Assembly (NCBI GenBank): GCA_963619535.1
Contig: CAVEWV010000007.1
Coordinates: forward strand, 1 to 61,451
From: Acutalibacteraceae bacterium
GTDB taxonomy: Bacteria > Actinomycetota > Coriobacteriia > Coriobacteriales > UMGS124
Reading direction: 5' to 3'
DNA: 61,451 bases
The notes beneath the pieces are model-generated. The model saw only the letters and a list, made by a program, of their open reading frames with translations. It did not search any database and was not told where the DNA came from. The first letter of the stretch is position 1. Every line of letters starts with the position of its first letter. Positions 40,958 to 49,980 of the stretch are shown here, piece by piece. Both the position numbers and the translations under genes were made by a program.

Positions 40958-42982
40958 ATGAGTTCGTTGTACGAGGAGAGTGGAGGCATCGTGGGTAACA
41001 TCGGAATGCTCATCCTCATCCCGCTTGTGGCGGCAGTTCTCTGCCTGCTCTCGCCGGGGCGCAGGATGCGCGAGGCGGTCGTCTGCGTGGCGGCTGCCTT
41101 CATAGTCATCGGCAGCATCATGCTCGGCAGCTCCCACCTCACGGTCGGCGCCACCTACTACCGCACGCAGCTGCCCTGGCTCGACTGGGTGTTTTTCGCC
41201 GTGGACCTGGCGCTGTGCGCCTACGTCGCCTGGCGAGCCGCCCGTGCCAAGCGCGTCGGCATCCTGGTGCTCGCCTGCGTCCAGGCGGTGCTCGTGTGCG
41301 TGCTCGAGCTGGGCGTGGCCCATGGCGTGCACGTGGTTCGCCCCGTCTACATCGACCAGCTCAGCGCCATCATGGTGCTGGTCGTGGGCATCATCGGCAG
41401 CGGCATCATCGTCTATGCCTGCGGCTACATGCGCGACTTCCAGCATCATCAAGACGAGCTGGCCGAGCAGGGCCTGGAGCATGCGCCCGACCGCCAGCCG
41501 CTCTTCTTCGCGGTGATGTTCGCCTTCCTGGCGGCCATGTTCGGCCTGGTCATGTTCAACAACCTCTCCTGGATGCTCACCATGTGGGAGGTCACCACGG
41601 TCTGCTCGTTCTTCCTCATCGGCTACACCAAGACCCAGGAGGCCACGAACAACTCCTTCCGCCAGATCTGGATGAACCTTCTGGGCGGCATCGCCTTCAC
41701 CTGCGCCCTCATCTACATGGGCTCGCAGATGAACATCCTCGAGCTCGACCGCTTCGTGGCCCGCGGCGGGTCGGCACCCGCGCTTGCCATGCTGCCGCTG
41801 GCGCTTCTGGCCTTCGCGGCGCTCACCAAGGCCGCCCAGATGCCCTTCCACACCTGGCTGCTCGGCGCCATGGTCGCCCCCACCCCCACGAGCGCCCTGC
41901 TGCACTCCTCCACCATGGTCAAGGCCGGCGTCTTCCTGCTTATCCGCCTGTCGCCCCTCATGGGCACCTTCGTGCCCGCCACCACCTCCTCGGCGCTCAA
42001 CCCGGTGGGCATCTCGGTGATGCTCGTGGGCGGCACCACGTTCCTCATGTGCTCGCTGATCGCCATCAGCCAGTCCAACGCCAAGCGCGTCCTGGCCTAC
42101 TCCACCGTCGCCAACCTGGGTCTCATCGTGTGCTGCGCGGGCATCGGCACCGCGGCGGCCGTGTGGGCCGGCATCTTCCTGCTCGTGTTCCATGCCGTGG
42201 CCAAGTCGCTGCTCTTCCTGTGCGTGGGCACCGCCGAGCACCATATCGGCAGCCGCGACATCGAGTGCATGGACGCGCTGGTCTCGCGCATGCCCAAGCT
42301 CGCCTGCCTCATGGCCCTGGGCATCTGCGGCATGTTCGTCGCCCCCTTCGGCATGCTCGTCTCCAAGTGGGCAGCCCTGGGCGCCTTCATCGACTCGGGC
42401 GTCATGCTGCTCATCGTCATGATGGGCTTCGGCAGCGCCGCCACGTTCTTCTTCTGGGCCAAGTGGCTCGGCAAGATCCTCTGCAACGTCTCCGGCGCCG
42501 ACTCCCTTGAGCGCGACGTGCACGTCAGCGAGTGGGTCGCCCTGGGCATCATGGCCGCCGGCACCGTGCTGCTCGCGCTGTTCCTGCCCCTCATCTCCGC
42601 CGAGGTCGTGGCCCCCTACGTCAAGACGCTCGTGGGCGGGGCGATGCTGGCCCCCAGCGCCTCCGACCTGGCCGTGATGGCCGCTTGCGTGCTCGTGGTC
42701 GTGCTTGTGCCGCTGCTCGTGGCCCTGCGCGCCCGCAAGTCGACCCGCCCGGTGGAGACGCCCTACCTGGGCGGCGTGGCCCTCAGCCAGACGAGCTTCG
42801 CCGGCTCCCTGGGCGGCGAGGTCGCCGCGACCCAGCGCGCCTGGTACATGGAGCCGATCTTCGGCGAGGAGAAGCTCGGCCGCGTGGGCTCCATCGTGTG
42901 CATCCTCATCGCCCTGGCGGGCATCGCCTGCGCCCTGGGCGTGAGCTACGTGTTCGCCACCATCCCCGGGAGCGTGATGTAA
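40958..42982 (+). CDS. echA: Ech-type hydrogenase membrane subunit (NuoL/HyfB-like antiporter module)
   Basis: A polytopic protein with WEVTTVCSFFLIGY and KAAQMPFHTWLLGAM (NuoL/M/N signature). The start is uncertain: ATG 40958, GTG 40991 or ATG 41006. The upstream part of the ORF track is antisense to rsmI. Confidence 0.85.
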   Translation: MSSLYEESGGIVGNIGMLILIPLVAAVLCLLSPGRRMREAVVCVAAAFIVIGSIMLGSSHLTVGATYYRTQLPWLDWVFFAVDLALCAYVAWRAARAKRVGILVLACVQAVLVCVLELGVAHGVHVVRPVYIDQLSAIMVLVVGIIGSGIIVYACGYMRDFQHHQDELAEQGLEHAPDRQPLFFAVMFAFLAAMFGLVMFNNLSWMLTMWEVTTVCSFFLIGYTKTQEATNNSFRQIWMNLLGGIAFTCALIYMGSQMNILELDRFVARGGSAPALAMLPLALLAFAALTKAAQMPFHTWLLGAMVAPTPTSALLHSSTMVKAGVFLLIRLSPLMGTFVPATTSSALNPVGISVMLVGGTTFLMCSLIAISQSNAKRVLAYSTVANLGLIVCCAGIGTAAAVWAGIFLLVFHAVAKSLLFLCVGTAEHHIGSRDIECMDALVSRMPKLACLMALGICGMFVAPFGMLVSKWAALGAFIDSGVMLLIVMMGFGSAATFFFWAKWLGKILCNVSGADSLERDVHVSEWVALGIMAAGTVLLALFLPLISAEVVAPYVKTLVGGAMLAPSASDLAVMAACVLVVVLVPLLVALRARKSTRPVETPYLGGVALSQTSFAGSLGGEVAATQRAWYMEPIFGEEKLGRVGSIVCILIALAGIACALGVSYVFATIPGSVM

Positions 42983-43885
42983 ATGGCCCTTACCGTCGTG
43001 GCCGTCGTCGCCTTCGTCGTCCTCGCCCCCGTCCTGGGGTGCCTGCTGGCCGGCGCCGACCGCATCGTCACCGCGCGCATGCAGGGCCGCCGCGGCCCGA
43101 GCGTGCTGCAGCCCTACTACGACGTCCGCAAGCTCCTCGAGAAGGACGCCGGGCGCTGCGACCCCATGGTCACCTGCCTGGTGGCGCTGTCGCTTCTCAT
43201 GGCGGTGGTGGCCGGCGCCGTCTTCTTCTCGGGCGGCAACTTCCTGCTGTGCGTCTTCATCATCACGCTGTCGAGCCTGTTCTTCATCCTGGCGTGCCAC
43301 CTCACCCCCTCGCCCATGGCCCAGATTGGCGCCCAGCGCGAGATCCTGCAGGTGATGTGCTACGAGCCCATGGTGCTCTTCGTGGGCGTGGCGCTCTACC
43401 TCACCACCGCCGCCGTGGGCGGCCAGGGCTCGTTCCAGGTGAGCTCGCTGCTGTCCGGCGACGCCACGCTTGCCGTGTGCATGCCGCTCATCTTCCTGGG
43501 GCTGCTCTTCGTCCTCACCATCAAGCTGCGCAAGTCGCCCTTCGACCTGTCGATGGCCCACCACGCCCACCAGGAGCTCGTGCGCGGCACCACCACCGAG
43601 ATGAGCGGCCGCACCCTGGCCATCGTCGAGGTCACGCACTGGTACGAGACCATCCTGTTCCTGGGCTGGGTCGGCATGTTCTTCATCAACGCCAACCCGC
43701 TGTCGGTGCTGCTCGCGCTCGTGGTGGTGGCCATCGTGTGGTTCGCCGAGATCTGGATCGACAACAACTTCGCGCGCGTCAAGTGGCAGGTCATGCTCAA
43801 GGGCTCCTGGGGCGTCGCGCTCGTGGCCAGTATCGTCAACTTCTCGCTGTTCTATTACCTGAGCAGCGGCGTCATCTTCTTCTAG
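42983..43885 (+). CDS. echB: Ech-type hydrogenase membrane subunit (NuoH/HycD-like)
   Basis: RMQGRRGPSVLQPYYDVRKL, typical of the NuoH/HycD N-terminus, and about 8 TM segments. Confidence 0.88.
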   Translation: MALTVVAVVAFVVLAPVLGCLLAGADRIVTARMQGRRGPSVLQPYYDVRKLLEKDAGRCDPMVTCLVALSLLMAVVAGAVFFSGGNFLLCVFIITLSSLFFILACHLTPSPMAQIGAQREILQVMCYEPMVLFVGVALYLTTAAVGGQGSFQVSSLLSGDATLAVCMPLIFLGLLFVLTIKLRKSPFDLSMAHHAHQELVRGTTTEMSGRTLAIVEVTHWYETILFLGWVGMFFINANPLSVLLALVVVAIVWFAEIWIDNNFARVKWQVMLKGSWGVALVASIVNFSLFYYLSSGVIFF

Positions 43886-43897
43886 GAGGGGGCACGC

Positions 43898-44461
43898 ATG
43901 TCTTTCGTGAGCAAGTCCCCGTGGCTCATCCACTACGACGGTGCCAGCTGCAATGGCTGCGACATCGAGGTCCTGGCGTGCCTGACGCCTCTCTACGACG
44001 TGGAGCGCTTCGGGGTCATCAACACCGGCAACCCCAAGCACGCCGACATCTTCGTGGTCACCGGCTCGGTCAACGAGCAGGCCGAGCCCGTCATCAAGCA
44101 GATCTACGAGCAGATGGTGGAGCCCAAGGTGGTCGTGGCCGTGGGCATCTGCGCCTGCACGGGCGGCATCTTCCACGACTGCTACAACATCAAGGGAGGC
44201 GTTGACAAGGTCATCCCGGTGGACGTGTACGTGCCGGGCTGCGCGGCGCGCCCCCAGGCCATCATCGACGGCGTGGTGAAGGGGCTGGCCGTGCTCGAGG
44301 AGAAGCGCGCCGCCCTGGCCGCCGGCACCCCCGTCCCCCAGGGCCGCATGGCGGCGGCCGACGACTCCGACGAGTCGCTGCGCCGCGTCGTCATGGGCCC
44401 CGACGGCACCCCCGCCGACCAGCCCGGCTCGCCCGACCAAGACGCACCCCAGGAGGCATAG
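43898..44461 (+). CDS. echC: Ech-type hydrogenase small subunit (NuoB-like, [4Fe-4S])
   Basis: The cysteine pattern is SCNGCDIE ... GICACTGG ... PGCAARP. Confidence 0.9.
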   Translation: MSFVSKSPWLIHYDGASCNGCDIEVLACLTPLYDVERFGVINTGNPKHADIFVVTGSVNEQAEPVIKQIYEQMVEPKVVVAVGICACTGGIFHDCYNIKGGVDKVIPVDVYVPGCAARPQAIIDGVVKGLAVLEEKRAALAAGTPVPQGRMAAADDSDESLRRVVMGPDGTPADQPGSPDQDAPQEA

Positions 44462-44464
44462 GCC

Positions 44465-44863
44465 ATGGCACAGGAAGTATTCGTTGAGACGCTGCTGGGG
44501 GGCCTGGTGGGCCGCACCCAGGAGTTCAAGGACAAGGGCTGGCGCTTCGCCCAGTGCTGCGCGTCGCGCGACGGCGAGGCGACCTTCGAGCTTGTGTACT
44601 CGTTCGTCGACGACGCCACGAGCGAGGTGGCCAACCTGCGCCTTTCCGTGAGCGCCAACGACGAGATCCCCAGCGTGGGGGCCATCTACCCGGCTGCCTT
44701 CATGTTCGAGAACGAGATGCACGACCTGTACGGCCTCACGGTCACGAACATGAACCTCGACTATCGCGGCGGCTTCTACCACCTGCATATCCCCGCGCCC
44801 ATGGCCCAGGCCCCGCAGGCCATGGCCAAGCCGGCCGCCAAGCCCGCACAGAACAAGGAATAG
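44465..44863 (+). CDS. echD: Ech-type hydrogenase subunit (NuoC-like)
   Basis: A NuoC signature-like FENEMHDLYGLTV, 132 aa, located between the small and large subunits. Confidence 0.8.
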   Translation: MAQEVFVETLLGGLVGRTQEFKDKGWRFAQCCASRDGEATFELVYSFVDDATSEVANLRLSVSANDEIPSVGAIYPAAFMFENEMHDLYGLTVTNMNLDYRGGFYHLHIPAPMAQAPQAMAKPAAKPAQNKE

Positions 44864-44872
44864 GAGGCGGCT

Positions 44873-45961
44873 GTGGCTACCAGGACCGTCATTCCCTTCG
44901 GCCCCCAGCACCCCGTGCTGCCCGAGCCCGTCCACCTCGACCTCGTGCTCGAGGACGAGCGCGTCGTCGAGGCCATCCCCCAGATCGGCTTCGTGCACCG
45001 CGGCCTGGAGAAGCTCGTGGAGAAGCGCGACTACAAGCACTTCGTCCACGTGGCCGAGCGCATCTGCGGCATCTGCAGCTTCGGGCACTCCATGGGCTAC
45101 AGCATGGCCGTGGAGCGCCTCATGGGCGTCGAGGTGCCCGAGCGCGCCGAGTACCTGCGCGTCATCTGGCACGAGCTGTCGCGCATCCACTCGCACCTGC
45201 TGTGGCTGGGCCTCGCCGCCGACGGCATGGGCTTCGAGAGCCTCTTCATGCACTCCTGGCGCCTGCGCGAGAAGGTGCTCGACATCTTCGAGAAGACGGC
45301 CGGCGGGCGCGTCATCCTGTCGGTCTGCACGCCCGGCGGCGTGTTCAAGGACATCGAGAACACCGAGCTCAACGCCATCTGCGGCGTGCTCGCGAGCCTG
45401 CGCCAGGACTACGACCAGATCGCGAACACCTTCCTCATGGACGACTCCGTGAGGAGCCGCATGTGCGGCGTGGGCCATCTCAGCCGCGAGGACGCCTTGG
45501 CCTACGGCTGCGTGGGCCCCTTCATGCGTGCCAGCGGCGTGGAGGCCGACGTGCGCATGGCCGGCATCGGCGCCTACTCCAAGCTCTACGACTTCCAGCC
45601 CGTCGTGTCGCAGGAGGGCGACTGCTACGCGCGTTGCAAGGTGCGCATCGAGGAGGTGCGCCAGTCCATCGACATCATCAACGAGATGGTGGGGCGCATC
45701 CCTGCAGGCGAGGTCCTGACCGAGGTCAAGGGCAACCCCGAGGCGGGCTCCAGCGCCGTCATGCGCGTCGAGCAGCCCCGCGGCGAGGCCTTCTACTACG
45801 TGCGCGGCAACGGCACCAAGTTCCTCGACCGCTTCCGCGTGCGCACGCCCACATCGGCCAACATCCCCGGCATGGTGGGCGCCATGGCCGGCTGCGACCT
45901 GGCGGACGTGCCCAACATCATCCTGACCATCGACCCGTGCATCAGCTGCACTGAGCGCTAG
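44873..45961 (+). CDS. echE: Group 4 [NiFe]-hydrogenase large subunit (NuoD-like)
   Basis: The N-terminal Ni-Fe ligand motif is RICGICSFGHS and the C-terminal motif is DPCISCTER, ending at the stop codon. Confidence 0.92.
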   Translation: MATRTVIPFGPQHPVLPEPVHLDLVLEDERVVEAIPQIGFVHRGLEKLVEKRDYKHFVHVAERICGICSFGHSMGYSMAVERLMGVEVPERAEYLRVIWHELSRIHSHLLWLGLAADGMGFESLFMHSWRLREKVLDIFEKTAGGRVILSVCTPGGVFKDIENTELNAICGVLASLRQDYDQIANTFLMDDSVRSRMCGVGHLSREDALAYGCVGPFMRASGVEADVRMAGIGAYSKLYDFQPVVSQEGDCYARCKVRIEEVRQSIDIINEMVGRIPAGEVLTEVKGNPEAGSSAVMRVEQPRGEAFYYVRGNGTKFLDRFRVRTPTSANIPGMVGAMAGCDLADVPNIILTIDPCISCTER

Positions 45962-45974
45962 GGAGGCATCGCGC

Positions 45975-46457
45975 ATGGGAGATTTCAAGCTGGGCCGCAT
46001 GACCCTCAAGAGCCTGTTCTCAAAGCCGGCGACCAAGCTCTACCCCACGGAGAAGCCGCGCTTCTTCGAGCAGACCAAGGGCCGCATCCACATCGAGGTC
46101 GACACTTGCAAGTACTGCGGCCTGTGCGCCAACGTGTGCCCCACGGGCGCCCTCGCCGTGGACCGCAAGGCCATGACCTGGCAGATCGACCGCTTCCGCT
46201 GCATCCAGTGCCGCAGCTGCATCGAGGCCTGCCGCGAGGAGGCCCTCTCGATGCACAACCACTACACCGACCCGTCCGACGAGCGTGTGGTGGAGGTGTA
46301 CCAGGCCACGCCCGAGGAGCGTGCCCGCCGCGAGAAGGCCGCCGCCGAGAAGGCCGAGCGCGCCGCCCGCCTCAAGGCCGAGATGGCCGCCAAGAAGAAG
46401 GCCGAGGCCGAGGCGCAGGCCAAGGCCGACGCTCAGGGCAGCGCCGAGAACCAGTAG
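45975..46457 (+). CDS. echF: Ech-type hydrogenase 2x[4Fe-4S] ferredoxin subunit (NuoI-like) with a K/A/E-rich tail
   Basis: CKYCGLCANVCP and CIQCRSCIEACR; the tail reads AAEKAERAARLKAEMAAKKKAEAEAQAKA. Confidence 0.9.
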   Translation: MGDFKLGRMTLKSLFSKPATKLYPTEKPRFFEQTKGRIHIEVDTCKYCGLCANVCPTGALAVDRKAMTWQIDRFRCIQCRSCIEACREEALSMHNHYTDPSDERVVEVYQATPEERARREKAAAEKAERAARLKAEMAAKKKAEAEAQAKADAQGSAENQ

Positions 46458-46509
46458 GGATGCGCAAGGCCCCGTCGCACGCTCGACGCACGGGGCTCAA
46501 GTGCGCTTC

Positions 46510-46553
46510 GAGAAGGCCCGCCGGGTGGGAAACCTGGTGGGCCTTCTCCTTTT
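46510..46553 (+). terminator. Intrinsic terminator after the ech operon
   Basis: GAGAAGGCCC-(19-nt loop)-GGGCCTTCTC followed by CTTTTG. Confidence 0.65.
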
Positions 46554-46646
46554 GCACGGTCTTCCAGGTGGGGCGATGCTAGGATGACTCCATCTGTCTA
46601 GAAAGCGCCGGGGCACCCCGGCATCACGTGCGAAAGGCTGTCCAAC

Positions 46647-48302
46647 ATGTGCGATTGCGGTTGCGCCGAGCATAAGCCCCAGGACAAGGGCTCCTACTAC
46701 ATCACCACGCCCATCTACTACGTCAACGCCGCCCCGCACCTGGGCACGGCCTACTCCACCATCGTGGCCGACGTCCAGGCGCGCTTCCGCCGCATGGACG
46801 GCTACGACACGTTCTTCCTCACCGGCGTCGACGAGCACGGCCAGAAGGTCGCCGACTCCGCCGCTGCCCACGACATGACCCCCCAGCAGTGGTGCGACTC
46901 CCAGGCCCCTGCCTTCCAGGAGCTCTGGCGCGAGCTCGAGATCACCAACGACGACTTCATCCGCACCACCCAGGACCGCCACGTCAAGGCCGTCCAGCAC
47001 TTCTGGGAGGTCCTGCGCGAGAAGGGCTACATCTACAAGGGCACCTACGAGGGCTGGTACTGCGTGCCCGAGGAGACGTTCTTCACCGAGACCGACGTGC
47101 GCCACGCCAACACCGACGAGCAGGGCAACTACGACGAGACCGCCATCCCGCTGTGCCCCGACTGCAAGCGCCCGCTCGAGCGCATCCAGGAGCAGAGCTG
47201 GTTCTTCAAGCTCTCCGAGTTCCAGCAGCCGCTGCTCGACTTCTACGCCGCCCACCCCGACTTCATCCAGCCCGAGATCCGTCGCAACGAGGTCGTGAGC
47301 TTCGTGGAGGGCGGTCTGAAGGACCTCTCCGTCACCCGCACCACCTTCGACTGGGGCATCCCGCTGCCCTTCGACCCCGAGCACGTGACCTACGTGTGGT
47401 TCGACGCCCTGCTCAACTACATCACGGCCGTCGGCTACGGCGACGACAGCCCCGAGGCTGCGCAGCGCCTGCAGCGCTTCTGGCCCGCCCAGCAGCACAT
47501 CGTGGGCAAGGACATCATCCGCTTCCACTGCGTCATCTGGCCGGCCATGCTCATGGCGGCGGGCCTGCCCGTGCCCGAGAAGGTCCTCGCCCACGGCTTC
47601 CTGCTCGTGAAGAACCCCGAGACGGGCAAGGGCGAGAAGATGTCGAAGAGCCGCGGCAACTCCATCTTCCCCCGCCAGGTCATCGACTTTCTGGGCGTGG
47701 AGGGCTACCGCTACTACTTCATGTGCGACGTGGCCCACGGCTCGGACGGCGCCATCTCCTTCGAGCGCATGGCGCAGGTCTACAACGCCGACCTGGCCAA
47801 CAGCTGGGGCAACCTCGTGAGCCGCTCGCTCAACATGAGCGCCAAGTACTTCGAGGGCGCAAGCCCCGTGCGCGCCGCCGACTGGGCCGGCCGCACGAGC
47901 CCGCTTTCCGAGGCGGCCGAGGGCCTCTATGCCCGCTACGCCGCCAAGATGGCCGCCTTCGACTACCAGGGTGCCGCCAAGGACACGATGGAGTTCGTGG
48001 CCGCGGCCAACCACTACATCGAGGACATGGCCCCCTGGGCGCTTGCCAAGGACCCGGCCAAGGCCGACGAGCTCGGTTTTGTGATCTGGGGCCTCATCGA
48101 GGCCATCCGCATCGCGGCCACGCTGCTCGAGCCCTTCACGCCCGCCACGTCGGCCGAGGTCATGCGCCGTATCGGCGAGCCTGTCGAGCCCTGCTGCAAC
48201 CTTGAGGCCGCCTGCGCCTGGGGCCAGTTCGAGGGCGGCAAGCCCGTCGAGAAGGGCGAGGCGCTCTTCCCGCGCCTCGACATGGACAACCTGCCGTGCT
48301 AG
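46647..48302 (+). CDS. metG: Methionyl-tRNA synthetase (short form, without the C-terminal tRNA-binding domain)
   Basis: PIYYVNAAPHLGTAYS (HIGH region), KMSKSRGN (KMSKS), and the zinc knuckle CVPEE...CPDCKRP. The protein ends shortly after the anticodon-binding domain. Confidence 0.95.
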   Translation: MCDCGCAEHKPQDKGSYYITTPIYYVNAAPHLGTAYSTIVADVQARFRRMDGYDTFFLTGVDEHGQKVADSAAAHDMTPQQWCDSQAPAFQELWRELEITNDDFIRTTQDRHVKAVQHFWEVLREKGYIYKGTYEGWYCVPEETFFTETDVRHANTDEQGNYDETAIPLCPDCKRPLERIQEQSWFFKLSEFQQPLLDFYAAHPDFIQPEIRRNEVVSFVEGGLKDLSVTRTTFDWGIPLPFDPEHVTYVWFDALLNYITAVGYGDDSPEAAQRLQRFWPAQQHIVGKDIIRFHCVIWPAMLMAAGLPVPEKVLAHGFLLVKNPETGKGEKMSKSRGNSIFPRQVIDFLGVEGYRYYFMCDVAHGSDGAISFERMAQVYNADLANSWGNLVSRSLNMSAKYFEGASPVRAADWAGRTSPLSEAAEGLYARYAAKMAAFDYQGAAKDTMEFVAAANHYIEDMAPWALAKDPAKADELGFVIWGLIEAIRIAATLLEPFTPATSAEVMRRIGEPVEPCCNLEAACAWGQFEGGKPVEKGEALFPRLDMDNLPC

Positions 48303-49294
48303 AAGCGCCTTCCTGCCCGGTCGGCTGGGCGTGCCCCGAGCGCGACGCCTTCTTCACCACGAAGAAGGGCGCGCCCGTGGCGCTGCCCCGGTCGGCCGGC
48401 CCCATCGCCGAGAGCCACACGCACCTCACGAGCCTGCGCCACGTCGACGCGGGCCTGGCCCTGGCGCGCGCGGCCTTGGCGGGGGTGCGCTTCCTCGTGA
48501 CGGTGGTGGACCCGGCCGACGACGCGCGCGACCCGCAGGGCCTGCTCGCGAGCCTGCAGGGCTGGCAGCGCGCCTGCGACGAGACGCTCGCCGCCTGGGC
48601 GGCCCAGGGCGTGCTCGACGCGCTGGGCCAGGAGCCGCGCGCCCCGCAGGTGCGCCTGCTCGTGGGGTGCCACCCGCACAACGCGAAGGACTTCGACGAC
48701 GAGGCCCGTGCGGCGATGCACCGGCTTCTGGCCGAGCCCATTTGCTGCGGCATCGGCGAGATCGGCCTGGACTACCACTACGACCTGTCGCCGCGCGACG
48801 TGCAGCGCGAGGTCTTCCGCGCCCAGCTTGAGCTGGCCTGCGAGCTCGACGCGTCGCTTTCGCTACATGTGCGCGAGGCCCACGATGAGGCCGCGCAGAT
48901 CATGGGCGAGGTGGGCCTGCCGCGCACGGGCGGGGCGGTGCTGCACTGCTTCGATTTGGGGTATGACGACGCCGCGCCCTTCCTTGAGATGGGATGCGTG
49001 CTGGGCATCGGCGGCGCGGTGAGCTTCAAGAAGAACGACGCCACCCGCGACGCCCTGGCCCGCGTGCCGCGCGCGAGCTTCGTGTTCGAGACCGACGCGC
49101 CCTACATGGCCCCCGAGCCCCTGCGCGGCACCCAGTGCGAGCCGGCCTACATCGCTCGCACGGCCGAGTTCGCCTCTGAGCTGCGCGCCGAGCGCTGCGG
49201 CGACGACCCCGCCGACACGTACCGCGACGCCTACGGGCTGTGCCTGCGCATCTTCGACCGGCCGGCCCCGCTGGGCCGCGCCGGCGAGGCGTAA
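48296..49294 (+). CDS. tatD: TatD-family metal-dependent hydrolase/DNase
   Basis: ESHTHL, GEIGLDYHYD, LHVREAHDE and FETDAPYM motifs. It overlaps the metG stop, and the start is uncertain. Confidence 0.85.
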   Translation: MLEAPSCPVGWACPERDAFFTTKKGAPVALPRSAGPIAESHTHLTSLRHVDAGLALARAALAGVRFLVTVVDPADDARDPQGLLASLQGWQRACDETLAAWAAQGVLDALGQEPRAPQVRLLVGCHPHNAKDFDDEARAAMHRLLAEPICCGIGEIGLDYHYDLSPRDVQREVFRAQLELACELDASLSLHVREAHDEAAQIMGEVGLPRTGGAVLHCFDLGYDDAAPFLEMGCVLGIGGAVSFKKNDATRDALARVPRASFVFETDAPYMAPEPLRGTQCEPAYIARTAEFASELRAERCGDDPADTYRDAYGLCLRIFDRPAPLGRAGEA

Positions 49295-49299
49295 GGGCC

Positions 49300-49977
49300 A
49301 TGGAAGGCATGGCGGCCCCGGTGCGCGCGGGCGTCTTGGTGGGCAGCCCCCGTCGGCACGGCTGCTCGGCCCGCCTGGCGCAGGCGCTGTGCGAGTCGCT
49401 TGAACGCGCGGGGGCCGCGCCGCGCCCCCTGCACATCGCCGACTACTCGGTTATGCCCTGCGTGGGCTGCGGGGCCTGCGAGGCCAGCGGGGCGTGCGTG
49501 CTCGACGCCCGCGAGGCCGCCTGCGACGCCCCGGGCCATGCCGCCCTGCGCGAGGCGCTCCTGGGCTGCGACGCCCTCGCCCTGGTGGCCCCCGTGTACT
49601 TCTCGGGGCCGCCCTCCCAGCTCAAGGCCGTGCTCGACCGCATGCAGCCCTTCTGGTGCCAGCGCTATCTGCTGCGCACGCGCCCCACGCTTCCCCTGGG
49701 GGCGCGCCGCCCGCTCGGCCTGCTTGTCCTGGGCGGCGGGGGCGACCCCTTCGGCTTCGACGCCCTGCGCAGCTGCGCCCACTCGGCCCTGCGCATGCTC
49801 GACTTCGAGCTCGTCTCCACGCTCGACGCCGTGGGCTTTGGGCAGCAGCCCCGCCCCGGCATGCCCTTCGGCCCCGAGTTCGACGAGCGCATCCTGGCCC
49901 AGCTCGACGGCTGGGCGCTCGACCTGGCGCGCGAAGCCGCCCAGCGTACACGACCCCACGACCCCGACGAGGTGTAG
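49300..49977 (+). CDS. Flavodoxin-fold iron-sulfur flavoprotein (Isf-like NAD(P)H-dependent FMN reductase family)
   Basis: GVLVGSPRRHGCS, a compact cluster motif CVGCGACEASGAC (C-x2-C-x2-C-x5-C), and LVAPVYFSGPPSQLKAVLDR. Confidence 0.7.
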   Translation: MEGMAAPVRAGVLVGSPRRHGCSARLAQALCESLERAGAAPRPLHIADYSVMPCVGCGACEASGACVLDAREAACDAPGHAALREALLGCDALALVAPVYFSGPPSQLKAVLDRMQPFWCQRYLLRTRPTLPLGARRPLGLLVLGGGGDPFGFDALRSCAHSALRMLDFELVSTLDAVGFGQQPRPGMPFGPEFDERILAQLDGWALDLAREAAQRTRPHDPDEV

Positions 49978-49980
49978 ACC

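Noticed and set aside
40931-46036. 1701-aa ORF on the minus strand spanning the whole ech operon
   Set aside because: It is antisense to six well-supported genes with strong motifs. Its translation is G/A/H/D/R-rich low-complexity sequence, typical of stop-free antisense frames in high-GC DNA, with no recognisable motifs.
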